Assembly: GCA_965658655.1 (NCBI GenBank)
Contig: CBFHTA010000003.1
Location: 32,001 to 96,000 of the forward strand
DNA length: 64,000 nt
Reading direction: 5' to 3'
DNA from: Candidatus Babelota bacterium
Lineage (GTDB): Bacteria; Babelota; Babeliae; Babelales; CAIQNR01
Position numbers and translations under genes: made by a program. The notes beneath the pieces are model-generated. The model searched no databases, was not told where the DNA came from, and saw only the letters and a list, made by a program, of their open reading frames with translations. Below, one piece after another: positions 49,601 through 58,728 of this stretch. The first letter of the stretch is position 1. The number at the start of each line of letters is the position of its first letter.

Positions 49601-49624
49601 CTAAAAATTTGTTAATGTTTTTAA

Positions 49625-50146
49625 TTATTGTTTTTTCTTTTCTTGTGTTGCATTAACACTATCTCCCCAAACTAACCATAAGATACCTGTATATACTTTT
49701 GAGCAACAATTTCTTGCACCGCCATGATTCGCTCTAGAAGGAAGTTTTCCACCATCTTTAGCAACTATTTTTTTCGAAGATAGAAGATCATAATCCCTTT
49801 CTCTGCGCACAAGAGACTGATCTCGTGAAAATAGCTTAGGAGATCCATCTCCCGTAGCAAGTTTATGTTTAGTGTCTCCTGCTTCTGATCCTACAACCCT
49901 CTTTTTGTCGTTATATGCTCTCACAGCATTTTGAATTGTGATTGCAGCTTTAATCTGAAGATCTTTTTTTTCTGCTTCTACTTCTCTTAGCTCTTCATTT
50001 AATACCGCTACGTTTTCTTCATCTTTTTCTTGAAAACACTCAGAAGGACCAATACCGCCTGAATTTATTGATTCACTATTAGATGCATGCATCTGTACAA
50101 CAGACAGTAACAACACAATACTTAATGCTTTTTTCTTCATAATCAT
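49625..50146 (-). CDS. Secreted orphan protein with an IQ-like motif
   Basis: KKKALSIVLLLSVVQMHA leader; coiled coil, then AAITIQNAVRAYNDKKR. Confidence 0.75.
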   Translation of the reverse strand: MIMKKKALSIVLLLSVVQMHASNSESINSGGIGPSECFQEKDEENVAVLNEELREVEAEKKDLQIKAAITIQNAVRAYNDKKRVVGSEAGDTKHKLATGDGSPKLFSRDQSLVRRERDYDLLSSKKIVAKDGGKLPSRANHGGARNCCSKVYTGILWLVWGDSVNATQEKKKQ

Positions 50147-50330
50147 ACCCTTTCTTACTTACTCATTTTTTCTTTTTCAAATCAACATAGCCCACAAGAT
50201 AAACAAAAAACATCGTTGATTCTTATTTTTTGATCCACCAATGCTTTCTTTGTTAATCAGAATCTCTCACCCAAAATTGTATAGTAAAAAAATAAGAATC
50301 ACAGTTATTATTTTTTAGTCACCACTAGCA

Positions 50331-51278
50331 CTAAAATTGCTTTGAAAAAAAATTATTGAAAAATACTTCTAAAAACAAATCCGAAGATCCATTTTTGCTA
50401 TTAAAGTCTGCAGTATACATAAAGCTATGGGCTTTTTGTAGCTCTGACTCAGAAACATTCTTCCAGTCCCGTTGCAAAAAAGAAAATGGTAATCGATAAG
50501 CCATCTGTTTTGCTTCAGCTAATTTATTCTGTTTACGTAATACTAATGCATAATGAGCACGCCACAACTGCTCAGACCAAAATGTAGTCCAAAAGACAGG
50601 AACATAGTTATCTTTAATACTATGCCAAGTTCTGAAAAAGTGCTGAGGCTTGCGAGCAAAGAACCATTGAGTAAGAGTAAATAAAGATTCATCTGGAGCT
50701 AATAATTTTTCAAACCACTGTTGCATAAACAACTGAGTATTCTTCCCTAAAACCAATCTATATTGTGCCAAGAGAACCAATGTATCCAGAGACATAGTTT
50801 TATAACTCTCTTTCGTCAGTTCATGCACTTGCTTCCATTGCAAGCGATCAAACAACAACGTAACTAACTGTTCACGCTCAGCGGGAGAAAGAGGATCATC
50901 TAAATTTACTATACATTGTTTATCTACGCTGGCAGGAAGATCTTTAGAAGTCATAAATGCTAGTAATGCATGAGGGCCCTGATACGCTGATGTAAAAGGA
51001 ATCATTTTTTTTCTGGTAGAAAGATCTAACCCAGAAAGATTCCCACACCATAGAATATCTTGTTGTCCCAAAAAAGTGGTGCTCAACTGCGCTTGTAATG
51101 CAGTAAAATCTGCCTCTAAAAATGAAAGGGTTTTAGGAGCCGGAGTAATAATTTTTCGTAATCGATCTAAAAGTGTAGCAAAAAAAAGAACCGGGTACTC
51201 TTTTGCGGTAAAAAGAATAAGCGGTTTTTTATGAAATTCAGTACTTTTGCAAATCTGCAAGAACGTGCGCATCTTCAT
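50331..51278 (-). CDS. holA: Divergent DNA polymerase III delta (HolA-like) subunit
   Basis: 315 aa; L.T.FLG motif, SLFTL, C-terminal L...H..MY.ADF.SK.G...LE. Confidence 0.55.
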   Translation of the reverse strand: MKMRTFLQICKSTEFHKKPLILFTAKEYPVLFFATLLDRLRKIITPAPKTLSFLEADFTALQAQLSTTFLGQQDILWCGNLSGLDLSTRKKMIPFTSAYQGPHALLAFMTSKDLPASVDKQCIVNLDDPLSPAEREQLVTLLFDRLQWKQVHELTKESYKTMSLDTLVLLAQYRLVLGKNTQLFMQQWFEKLLAPDESLFTLTQWFFARKPQHFFRTWHSIKDNYVPVFWTTFWSEQLWRAHYALVLRKQNKLAEAKQMAYRLPFSFLQRDWKNVSESELQKAHSFMYTADFNSKNGSSDLFLEVFFNNFFSKQF

Positions 51279-51290
51279 AGTTACAACTCA

Positions 51291-52067
51291 TTATTGTTGT
51301 TTTTGTAAATCACCTACTGTAACAGATAAATGACTGGAAGCAGGATCGCACGATAATTCAACTTCGTCAACACGAGAAAGAACGTTACGAATACCTTTCT
51401 GTGCAAATGCACGCATAGTTTCAATCAACTGCCATTCAAGCGGAGCACTTTCTGTTGCACCTTGCATTTCAATTACTTTTCCTGTTCCGGTCATAACAAA
51501 GTTAAAATCTGCATCAGTAGTACTGTCTTCTTGGTAATTAATATCAAGAAGCGCCTGACCATTTGAAACACCAACAGAAATTGCACCTACTGTATCAAGC
51601 AGAAGTCCGGAACGTAATTTTCCATCAAAAGTCCATTTATCAATAGCTTGACGCAGTGCACAGTAAGCACCAGTGATAGCAGCAGTTCTAGTCCCACCAT
51701 CAGCTTGCACCACATCGCAATCAATATAAATAGTACGCTCACCCAACACTTTTAAATCAACAACAGATCGTAAAGAACGACCAATAAGACGAGAAATCTC
51801 TATAGACCTACCATTGCGACGCATAGTAGAAGCTTCGCGCTGTGTACGTGTTTGTGTAGCTGCTGGAAGCATAGTGTATTCTGCAGTTAACCAACCAGAA
51901 CCTTTGCCCCGTAAAAACGAAGGAACACCATCTTGCATCATGACTGTACACAATACTTTGGTGTTTCCTAAAGCGAATAAAACTGAACCATGAGCGTTAC
52001 CACAGATACCGTAGGTAACAGAAGTTGGGCGCACCTGATCAGGTAAACGCCCATCAATTCTTTTCAC
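51291..52067 (-). CDS. rph: Ribonuclease PH
   Basis: R.DGR..DQVRP, GWLTAEY.MLP, EISRLIGRSLR, DCDVVQADGGTRTA. Confidence 0.96.
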   Translation of the reverse strand: MKRIDGRLPDQVRPTSVTYGICGNAHGSVLFALGNTKVLCTVMMQDGVPSFLRGKGSGWLTAEYTMLPAATQTRTQREASTMRRNGRSIEISRLIGRSLRSVVDLKVLGERTIYIDCDVVQADGGTRTAAITGAYCALRQAIDKWTFDGKLRSGLLLDTVGAISVGVSNGQALLDINYQEDSTTDADFNFVMTGTGKVIEMQGATESAPLEWQLIETMRAFAQKGIRNVLSRVDEVELSCDPASSHLSVTVGDLQKQQ

Positions 52068-52072
52068 GCTTA

Positions 52073-54157
52073 TTACGCCTTAACAAAGCGTAGACGAACA
52101 CGATCCAGTTCTTTATCGTACTCTACAACTTCAACTTTGATTGAAGAGTTCACAGGATAATGTTCATCAAGGGAACGTTGCTGCTCTCTAGGAATTGCAG
52201 AAACGTGTACCAAGCCATCTTTGCCTGGGACCAGTTCTACGAAAATTCCAAAGTCAGCGATACGTCTAACAACACCTTCGAAGACCATGCCTTTTTCAAT
52301 TTGACCAGCAAGAGTCTTAACCCATAGAACAGCGCGTTCCATGCCTTGGCCTGGCTGACCAAAGATTTTGACCATTCCGTCATCTTCGATATCAATAGAA
52401 GTAGCTGTTTTATCGATAATTTCTCGAATAACTTTACCACCACTACCAATAACAGCGCCAATTTTGTCTGAATCAATTTTAAATGAAGCAACTTGTGGAA
52501 CGAGATCAGACATTTTTTCGCTTGGCTTAGACATCACTTTTTTCATTTCGCCAAGAATATGCAAACGTGCATCTTTTGCTTGCGCTAATGATTTTTCAAA
52601 TACATCGCGAGGTAAACCTTTTTTGTATTTGATGTCCATTTGAATCGCGGTAATACCTTCTTCAGTACCCGCAACTTTAAAGTCCATCAAACCAAATGCA
52701 TCTTCGAAACCAGTGATATCTGTTAGTACAGTAAAGTCACTCTTGTCGCTCTTTAAGAGCCCCATAGCAACACCACCAACCATATCTTTAATTGGAACAC
52801 CACCGTTTAAGAAAGCCATAGTAGAACTACATACTGTAGCCATAGAACTTGACCCATCAGACTCTAAAATGTCTGATACTACACGAATAGTGTATGGGAA
52901 TGCTTCTTTATCTGGCAGAATATAACGGAATGCAGAAGCTGCTAAATGACCATGACCAACTTCACGTCGGGAAGGCGGCCTTAGAGGTCTAACTTCCCCT
53001 ACTGAATATGGAGGAAAATTATAGTGCAACATGAATGAACCGTCCACTTCCCCACCCATAATATCTTCTATTCTTTGTTCGTCTTGCCCACTACCAAGAG
53101 TCAACGTCGCTAGACTTTGTGTGCCACCACGAGTAAACACAGCAGAACCGTGTGTAAATGGCAACAGACCAACTTGTGTTTCAATAGAACGAACTTGATC
53201 AAAAGAACGATTATCAACACGTTTTCCTTGCTCACAGATAACTGCAGTCAAACGTTCTTTAAGTTGTGAATCAAAAATATAGTCAACAATAGATTTTGAA
53301 TCTTCTATTCCAACAATTTCTTCTTCAAACTGAGTGTCGAAATCTTCTTTAAGTTTTTTAATCGCCTCTTTACGTTCTACTTTTGAAGTACCAAAAATAG
53401 GCTGCAAACGTTCATTAGTTAAGAAATCAACAGAACGCTTTTCCCATCCATTCCAGTCAATATCAAAGCTTGAGCCTTCTTTTTCTGGACTGTAGGTTTT
53501 AATGATTTCTTCTTGCCATTCAACCTGTTCTTTAATTGCATCATGCGCCAAGAAGAGTGCTTCAATTAATTCTGCTTCTGAAATCTCGTTAGTAGCACCT
53601 TCTACCATGCAGATACCATCTTTTGTACCTACTACAACGATTTTAACATCAGACTCAGTGCTTTGTTCATAATTAGGATTAACAACCCACTTGCCATCTA
53701 AGCGACCAATTTCTGCAATACCAATAGGACCCATAAATGGAATCTTGGAAACACTCAACGCAACAGAAGCTGCAAGTGCTGCCAACATGTGCGGTGCGTG
53801 TTTTTTATCAACAGAATAAACAGTAACGTTGATTTGAACTTGATTAAAATAATCTTTAGGAAAAAGAGGACGGATTGCACGATCAATAATACGTGATGTC
53901 AAAACTTCTTTATCCGATGATTTCCCTTCTCTTTTGAAAAATCCACCAGGAATTTTTCCTGCAGACGCAAATGGTTCTCTGTAATCAACCATCAAAGGGA
54001 AGAACCCCATAAAGTCTTTAGCAGGAGCCGATACAGCTGTTGCTAAAAGAACTGTACCTTCATGTTGAAGCCATGCAGACCCATCGGTTTGACGAGCAAA
54101 CTCGTTCACCTTAAGCGTTACATTTCGTTTTGGCATCGTAAACGTATTTTTAGACAT
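52073..54157 (-). CDS. pnp: Polyribonucleotide nucleotidyltransferase
   Basis: GKIPGGFFKREG, RREVGHG, ES.GSSSMA, MDFKVAGT, KH and S1 domains. Confidence 0.97.
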   Translation of the reverse strand: MSKNTFTMPKRNVTLKVNEFARQTDGSAWLQHEGTVLLATAVSAPAKDFMGFFPLMVDYREPFASAGKIPGGFFKREGKSSDKEVLTSRIIDRAIRPLFPKDYFNQVQINVTVYSVDKKHAPHMLAALAASVALSVSKIPFMGPIGIAEIGRLDGKWVVNPNYEQSTESDVKIVVVGTKDGICMVEGATNEISEAELIEALFLAHDAIKEQVEWQEEIIKTYSPEKEGSSFDIDWNGWEKRSVDFLTNERLQPIFGTSKVERKEAIKKLKEDFDTQFEEEIVGIEDSKSIVDYIFDSQLKERLTAVICEQGKRVDNRSFDQVRSIETQVGLLPFTHGSAVFTRGGTQSLATLTLGSGQDEQRIEDIMGGEVDGSFMLHYNFPPYSVGEVRPLRPPSRREVGHGHLAASAFRYILPDKEAFPYTIRVVSDILESDGSSSMATVCSSTMAFLNGGVPIKDMVGGVAMGLLKSDKSDFTVLTDITGFEDAFGLMDFKVAGTEEGITAIQMDIKYKKGLPRDVFEKSLAQAKDARLHILGEMKKVMSKPSEKMSDLVPQVASFKIDSDKIGAVIGSGGKVIREIIDKTATSIDIEDDGMVKIFGQPGQGMERAVLWVKTLAGQIEKGMVFEGVVRRIADFGIFVELVPGKDGLVHVSAIPREQQRSLDEHYPVNSSIKVEVVEYDKELDRVRLRFVKA

Positions 54158-54195
54158 ACACGTCTCTCTATAAGTATAAATTTAAAACATCCCTG

Positions 54196-54432
54196 CTATT
54201 TCTTGAGCCCAACTGCTGCAAGAACTTTTTTGTATGTAGCAACACTGGTACGTTTTAAGTATTTTAAAAACTTTTTACGAGTTGCTACTTTTTTCAAAAT
54301 ACTACGACTTGAACTGTAATCTTTTTTGTTCTTCGCAGTGTGCTCTGACAAACGAGCAATTTCTTTAGTCAAATTGACAATCTGTACCTCTGAAGAACCG
54401 GTATCTTTGTCATGTTTTTTAATATCGTTCAT
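54196..54432 (-). CDS. rpsO: 30S ribosomal protein S15 with short N-terminus
   Basis: DTGSSEVQI, H...NKKDYSS.R, R.KFLKYL; precedes pnp. Confidence 0.94.
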   Translation of the reverse strand: MNDIKKHDKDTGSSEVQIVNLTKEIARLSEHTAKNKKDYSSSRSILKKVATRKKFLKYLKRTSVATYKKVLAAVGLKK

Positions 54433-54491
54433 AATAACTCTTATGATTTATTCAACTATTATTTATTCTCTAAATTAACTTTGGCGAAGTA

Positions 54492-54566
54492 TGGTAGGCA
54501 CGAGCGGGATCGAACCGCTGGCCCCTGCTACGTCAAAGCAGTGCTCTACCACTGAGCTACGCGCCT
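54492..54566 (-). tRNA. tRNA-Val (anticodon GAC), CCA encoded
   Basis: AGGCGCGTAGCTCAGTGGTAGAGCA-CTGCT-TTGACGT-AGCAG-GGGCC-AGCGG-TTCGATC-CCGCT-CGTGCCT-ACCA folds as a cloverleaf. Confidence 0.97.
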
Positions 54567-54594
54567 AATACTACTTACAACACCAACCAGTGTA

Positions 54595-57500
54595 TCACGC
54601 TTTTACGCCTTTGGCACGCATTTCATCTTGTCGAACCTTTTGTTCTTCAAGCTGAGCTTGACGTTCAAGTTTCGACAAATTATCTCCCAAGTATTTCTTC
54701 CTGTAAGATGGAATACCTGTTCCCGCAGGAATAAGCTTACCAATTACCAGGTTTTCTTTAAGACCATAGAGATAGTCCGTTTTACCTGAAATCGAAGCTT
54801 CGGTTAAAATTCGTGTAGTTTCCTGGAAGGCTGCAGCAGAAATTAAACTCTCTGTGCTTGTAGAAGCAATGGTAATACCCATCAATGTAGGAACCGCCTT
54901 AGCAACCTTTTTACCCTCTTGTTTGAGCATTTCATTAATCGTTTTGAAGTGAATACGATCAACTTTATCCCCAACTAAGAAGTCAGAATCACCAGCATCA
55001 GTTACCTGTACTTTACGCATCATTTGCTTAACAATAACCTCAATATGAGAATCGTTAATATCAATGCCCTGCAAACGATAAATTTCTTGAATATGATCAA
55101 CAATATAACGTTGTACCACATCTGGTCCAAGAATACGTAAAATGTCATGAAGCACCGGCTCACCAGCAGTCAAATGATCACCAGCTTTAACCTGTTCACC
55201 TTCTTGAACATTGATTTGTTTACCGCGAGGCACTAAGTAATCATAACTTGTTGCACCGTCAGAAACTGCGAGCTTACGCATACCACGGTATAATCCACCA
55301 AACGTAACTGTACCATCAATGTCAGAAAGAATTGCAGCTTCTTTAGGAGTACGTGCTTCGAATAATTCTGCAATACGAGGTAAACCACCAACGGTAATAT
55401 CTTTTGTTTTTGATACTTCCTGTGGAAGTTTCGCAAGGATATCACCAGGCTTAATTTCTTGACCAGGTGTTACAGAAAGATACGCTCCAGATGGAAGATA
55501 GTAATGTGCCACTTCTTCACCAGCAGTATTTAAAACTGCAATGGCTGGTTGATACTTTTCACTCTTATGCTCAAGAACTTGAAGTTCTGTACCTTGACGT
55601 GTTCCAAATTCTTCTTGAATGGTAACGTTTCTAATAAGGTCAACAAACTCAACCTTACCACCTTTTTCGGTAACAATAACATCAGCGTTAACATCCCACT
55701 CTACAAGCATATCGCCAACTTTTACTTTTTGTCCGTTAGCAACATGTAAAGTAGAACCATAATCTATAATATGATGTTGAAGCTCACGACCATCTTCAGA
55801 ACGTAAAGAAATTTCACCTTTACGACTTAATACAATCTGATTCCCATCACGGTTTGTTACAGTGGTAATACCACGTAATTCAATAACGGCATCATGCTTT
55901 GCTTTCCAATAAGGTTGCGACGCAGAACCACTCGCTGTACCCCCAATGTGGAACGTTCTCATAGTAAGCTGCGTACCCGGTTCACCAATCGATTGTGCTG
56001 CCACAATACCAACGGTTGAACCAATATCAACAAGCTGACTTCTTGAAAGATCAAAACCATAACATTGCGCACATACACCACGTTTGGCTTGACAGGTTAA
56101 TACAGAACGTACGATTACTTCAGAGACAGCTGATTTACCAATTTTTTGAGACATTGTACGGTCAACAATTTGCCCTTGTTTACCGATGATTTCTCCAGTC
56201 ACCATATCTTTAAGATCTGCAGCTAAAGTACGACCATACACGCGCTCATTCAACGCATAAATAGTATCCCCAGACTCTTTAAGATCTAAAATAGTACGAT
56301 ATCCAAGAGTGCCACACTCATTGATACTTATCACTACATCTTGAGAAACATCTACAAGACGACGCGTTAAGTAACCAGAGTTTGCTGTTTTCAATGCAGT
56401 ATCAGCCTGACCTTTACGCGCACCATGAGTGGAAATAAAGTATTCAAACACACTCAAACCATCTCTAAAGTTGGTTCGAACTGGAGTTTCAATAATTTCA
56501 CCTGACGGTTTAGACATCAAACCACGCATACCAACAAGCTGCTTAATCTGTGCTCGAGAACCTTTCGCTCCCGATGCTAAAATCATGTAAATAGAGTTAA
56601 ATGGCACATTCTTACCATCTTCATTTTTATACGCAATTTCATTCTGCTCTTCAAAACTATCCATCATCTGATTAGTAATGCTTGAATCAGCACGGAACCA
56701 TGTGCTCACCACTTTGTTTTTGCGCTCACCATTAGTAATAACACCTTCTTGATAAAGCTTTTCAACTTTATCAATCTCTTTATCACCATCTTTAAGTATT
56801 TGCTTCATATCTTCTGAAACCAAGAGTTCTTCAATACCAAAAGATGCACCACTCATAGTAGAGTGATAGAAACCATATTTCTTGATGTTATCCAAGAACT
56901 CAATAGATTCTTTACGTGAGAAAGTTGCATATACTACTTGAATAAGTTTTTTCAAATCATTTTTACGCAGTACTTTGTTGATGAGGTCAAAGCTAGCACC
57001 CTTTGGTAAAATATCAAAGAGCAACACACGACCAACCGTTGTATCTACAACAGAATCATCATCAAGACGTACTTTAATACGCGCATGCAAGCTTACTTGT
57101 TCACATTGGAACGCAGTAATTACTTCTGCAACACTAGAGAAGACAACACCCTCACCTTTTACGTTACAACGAACTTTAGACATGTAATGCAGCCCAAGAA
57201 TCATATCTTGAGAAGGAACCATTACAGGCTGCCCGTTAGAAGGAGAAAGAATGTTTTTAGAAGACATAACAAGTTCTTCAGATTCTTTAACAGCTTTATC
57301 ACTCAATGGAAGATGAACAGACATAGTATCACCATCAAAATCCGCGTTAAATGCAGAACATACAAGTGGGTGAATCTTAATCGCTTTACCATCTACCAAG
57401 AGCGGTCTAAATGCTTGAATACCTAAACGATGCAATGTTGGAGCACGGTTTAGAAGAACTGGACGCGTTTTTACCACGTCTTCAAGAACGTCCCATACTT

Positions 57501-58728
57501 CTGGAACACTATCTTCTACCATCTTTTTTGCTACACGAAGGTTAGGAGCCATTTCTCGCTCCAACAACCCTGCATAAACATATGACTTAAAGATTTCGAG
57601 CGCCATTTTCTTAGGCAACCCACATTGATCAATTTTAAGTTCTGGGTCAACAACAATTACTGAACGACCAGAGTAGTCAACACGTTTACCCAATAAATTT
57701 TGACGGAAACGACCTTGTTTACCACGAAGCATTTCACTTAAAGACTTTAATGGACGCTTGTTTGAACCACGAACAGGCTGACCACGACGACCGTTATCGA
57801 TCAACGCATCAACAGATTCTTGTAACATACGCTTTTCGTTTTTGATAATAACGCTAGGCGCTTCAATCTCTAGTAAACGACGAAGACGAATATTACGGTT
57901 CAATACACGACGATACAATTCGTTTAAATCAGAACTTGCAAAACGTCCACCCTCTAAAGGAACCAACGGACGAAGATCCGGCGGCAATACCGGGAGAATG
58001 TCCATTACAACCCATTCAGGACGCAAGTTTGATTGCAACATACTTGTAAAAATACGTTGTCGACGAATAATCTTATGACGTGTTGCTACAGAATTTGTCT
58101 TTTTATAGGCATCTTTTAAAAGCGTAATTTCTTCTTGAAGATTAATAGTAGAAAGCAAATCCTTAAGAGCTTCTGCACCATTTTCAGCTTTAAACATAAG
58201 ATCTTCTGGATGAGCATCTATGTACTGTTCAGCTTCAGAAACAGAAAGTAATGTTTTACGAGGATACGGTGAACTTCCTTGGTTCAAAACTACAACGCTA
58301 TCAAAATAGATAATACGTTCTAGTTCTTTAACCGGCATGTCCAAAATAAGACCCAAGTAACTTGGAATCCCTTTAAGGTACCAAATATGGCAAACTGGAG
58401 CCACCAATTCAATGTGCCCCATACGTTCACGACGCACACGAGATTGAATTACTTCAACGCCACATTTTTCACAGGTAACACCACGATGCTTCATACGTTT
58501 GTACTTACCGCAGTTACATTCCCAATCTTTTACCGGACCAAAAATACGAGCACAAAACAAACCATCTTTTTCTGGTTTAAGTGTTCGATAGTTAATAGTT
58601 TCTATCTTTTTCACTTCACCATAAGAAAGCGATTTTATTTTTTCAGAAGAAGCCAATCCAATACGAAACGCATTAAACTGAGTAACGTTTATATACTCCT
58701 TAAAACGTTCGAGCATTTGACTATTCAT
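54595..58728 (-). CDS. rpoC: RNA polymerase beta' subunit
   Basis: Zn ribbon CNC..CEKC, GRFRQNLLGKRVDYSGRSV, NADFDGD, GEPGTQLTMRTFH. Confidence 0.99.
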   Translation of the reverse strand: MNSQMLERFKEYINVTQFNAFRIGLASSEKIKSLSYGEVKKIETINYRTLKPEKDGLFCARIFGPVKDWECNCGKYKRMKHRGVTCEKCGVEVIQSRVRRERMGHIELVAPVCHIWYLKGIPSYLGLILDMPVKELERIIYFDSVVVLNQGSSPYPRKTLLSVSEAEQYIDAHPEDLMFKAENGAEALKDLLSTINLQEEITLLKDAYKKTNSVATRHKIIRRQRIFTSMLQSNLRPEWVVMDILPVLPPDLRPLVPLEGGRFASSDLNELYRRVLNRNIRLRRLLEIEAPSVIIKNEKRMLQESVDALIDNGRRGQPVRGSNKRPLKSLSEMLRGKQGRFRQNLLGKRVDYSGRSVIVVDPELKIDQCGLPKKMALEIFKSYVYAGLLEREMAPNLRVAKKMVEDSVPEVWDVLEDVVKTRPVLLNRAPTLHRLGIQAFRPLLVDGKAIKIHPLVCSAFNADFDGDTMSVHLPLSDKAVKESEELVMSSKNILSPSNGQPVMVPSQDMILGLHYMSKVRCNVKGEGVVFSSVAEVITAFQCEQVSLHARIKVRLDDDSVVDTTVGRVLLFDILPKGASFDLINKVLRKNDLKKLIQVVYATFSRKESIEFLDNIKKYGFYHSTMSGASFGIEELLVSEDMKQILKDGDKEIDKVEKLYQEGVITNGERKNKVVSTWFRADSSITNQMMDSFEEQNEIAYKNEDGKNVPFNSIYMILASGAKGSRAQIKQLVGMRGLMSKPSGEIIETPVRTNFRDGLSVFEYFISTHGARKGQADTALKTANSGYLTRRLVDVSQDVVISINECGTLGYRTILDLKESGDTIYALNERVYGRTLAADLKDMVTGEIIGKQGQIVDRTMSQKIGKSAVSEVIVRSVLTCQAKRGVCAQCYGFDLSRSQLVDIGSTVGIVAAQSIGEPGTQLTMRTFHIGGTASGSASQPYWKAKHDAVIELRGITTVTNRDGNQIVLSRKGEISLRSEDGRELQHHIIDYGSTLHVANGQKVKVGDMLVEWDVNADVIVTEKGGKVEFVDLIRNVTIQEEFGTRQGTELQVLEHKSEKYQPAIAVLNTAGEEVAHYYLPSGAYLSVTPGQEIKPGDILAKLPQEVSKTKDITVGGLPRIAELFEARTPKEAAILSDIDGTVTFGGLYRGMRKLAVSDGATSYDYLVPRGKQINVQEGEQVKAGDHLTAGEPVLHDILRILGPDVVQRYIVDHIQEIYRLQGIDINDSHIEVIVKQMMRKVQVTDAGDSDFLVGDKVDRIHFKTINEMLKQEGKKVAKAVPTLMGITIASTSTESLISAAAFQETTRILTEASISGKTDYLYGLKENLVIGKLIPAGTGIPSYRKKYLGDNLSKLERQAQLEEQKVRQDEMRAKGVKA

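Noticed and set aside
54492..54566. tRNA as an integration site for a mobile island
   Set aside because: No integrase nearby, no duplicated tRNA 3' end noticed, and both neighbours are core genes.
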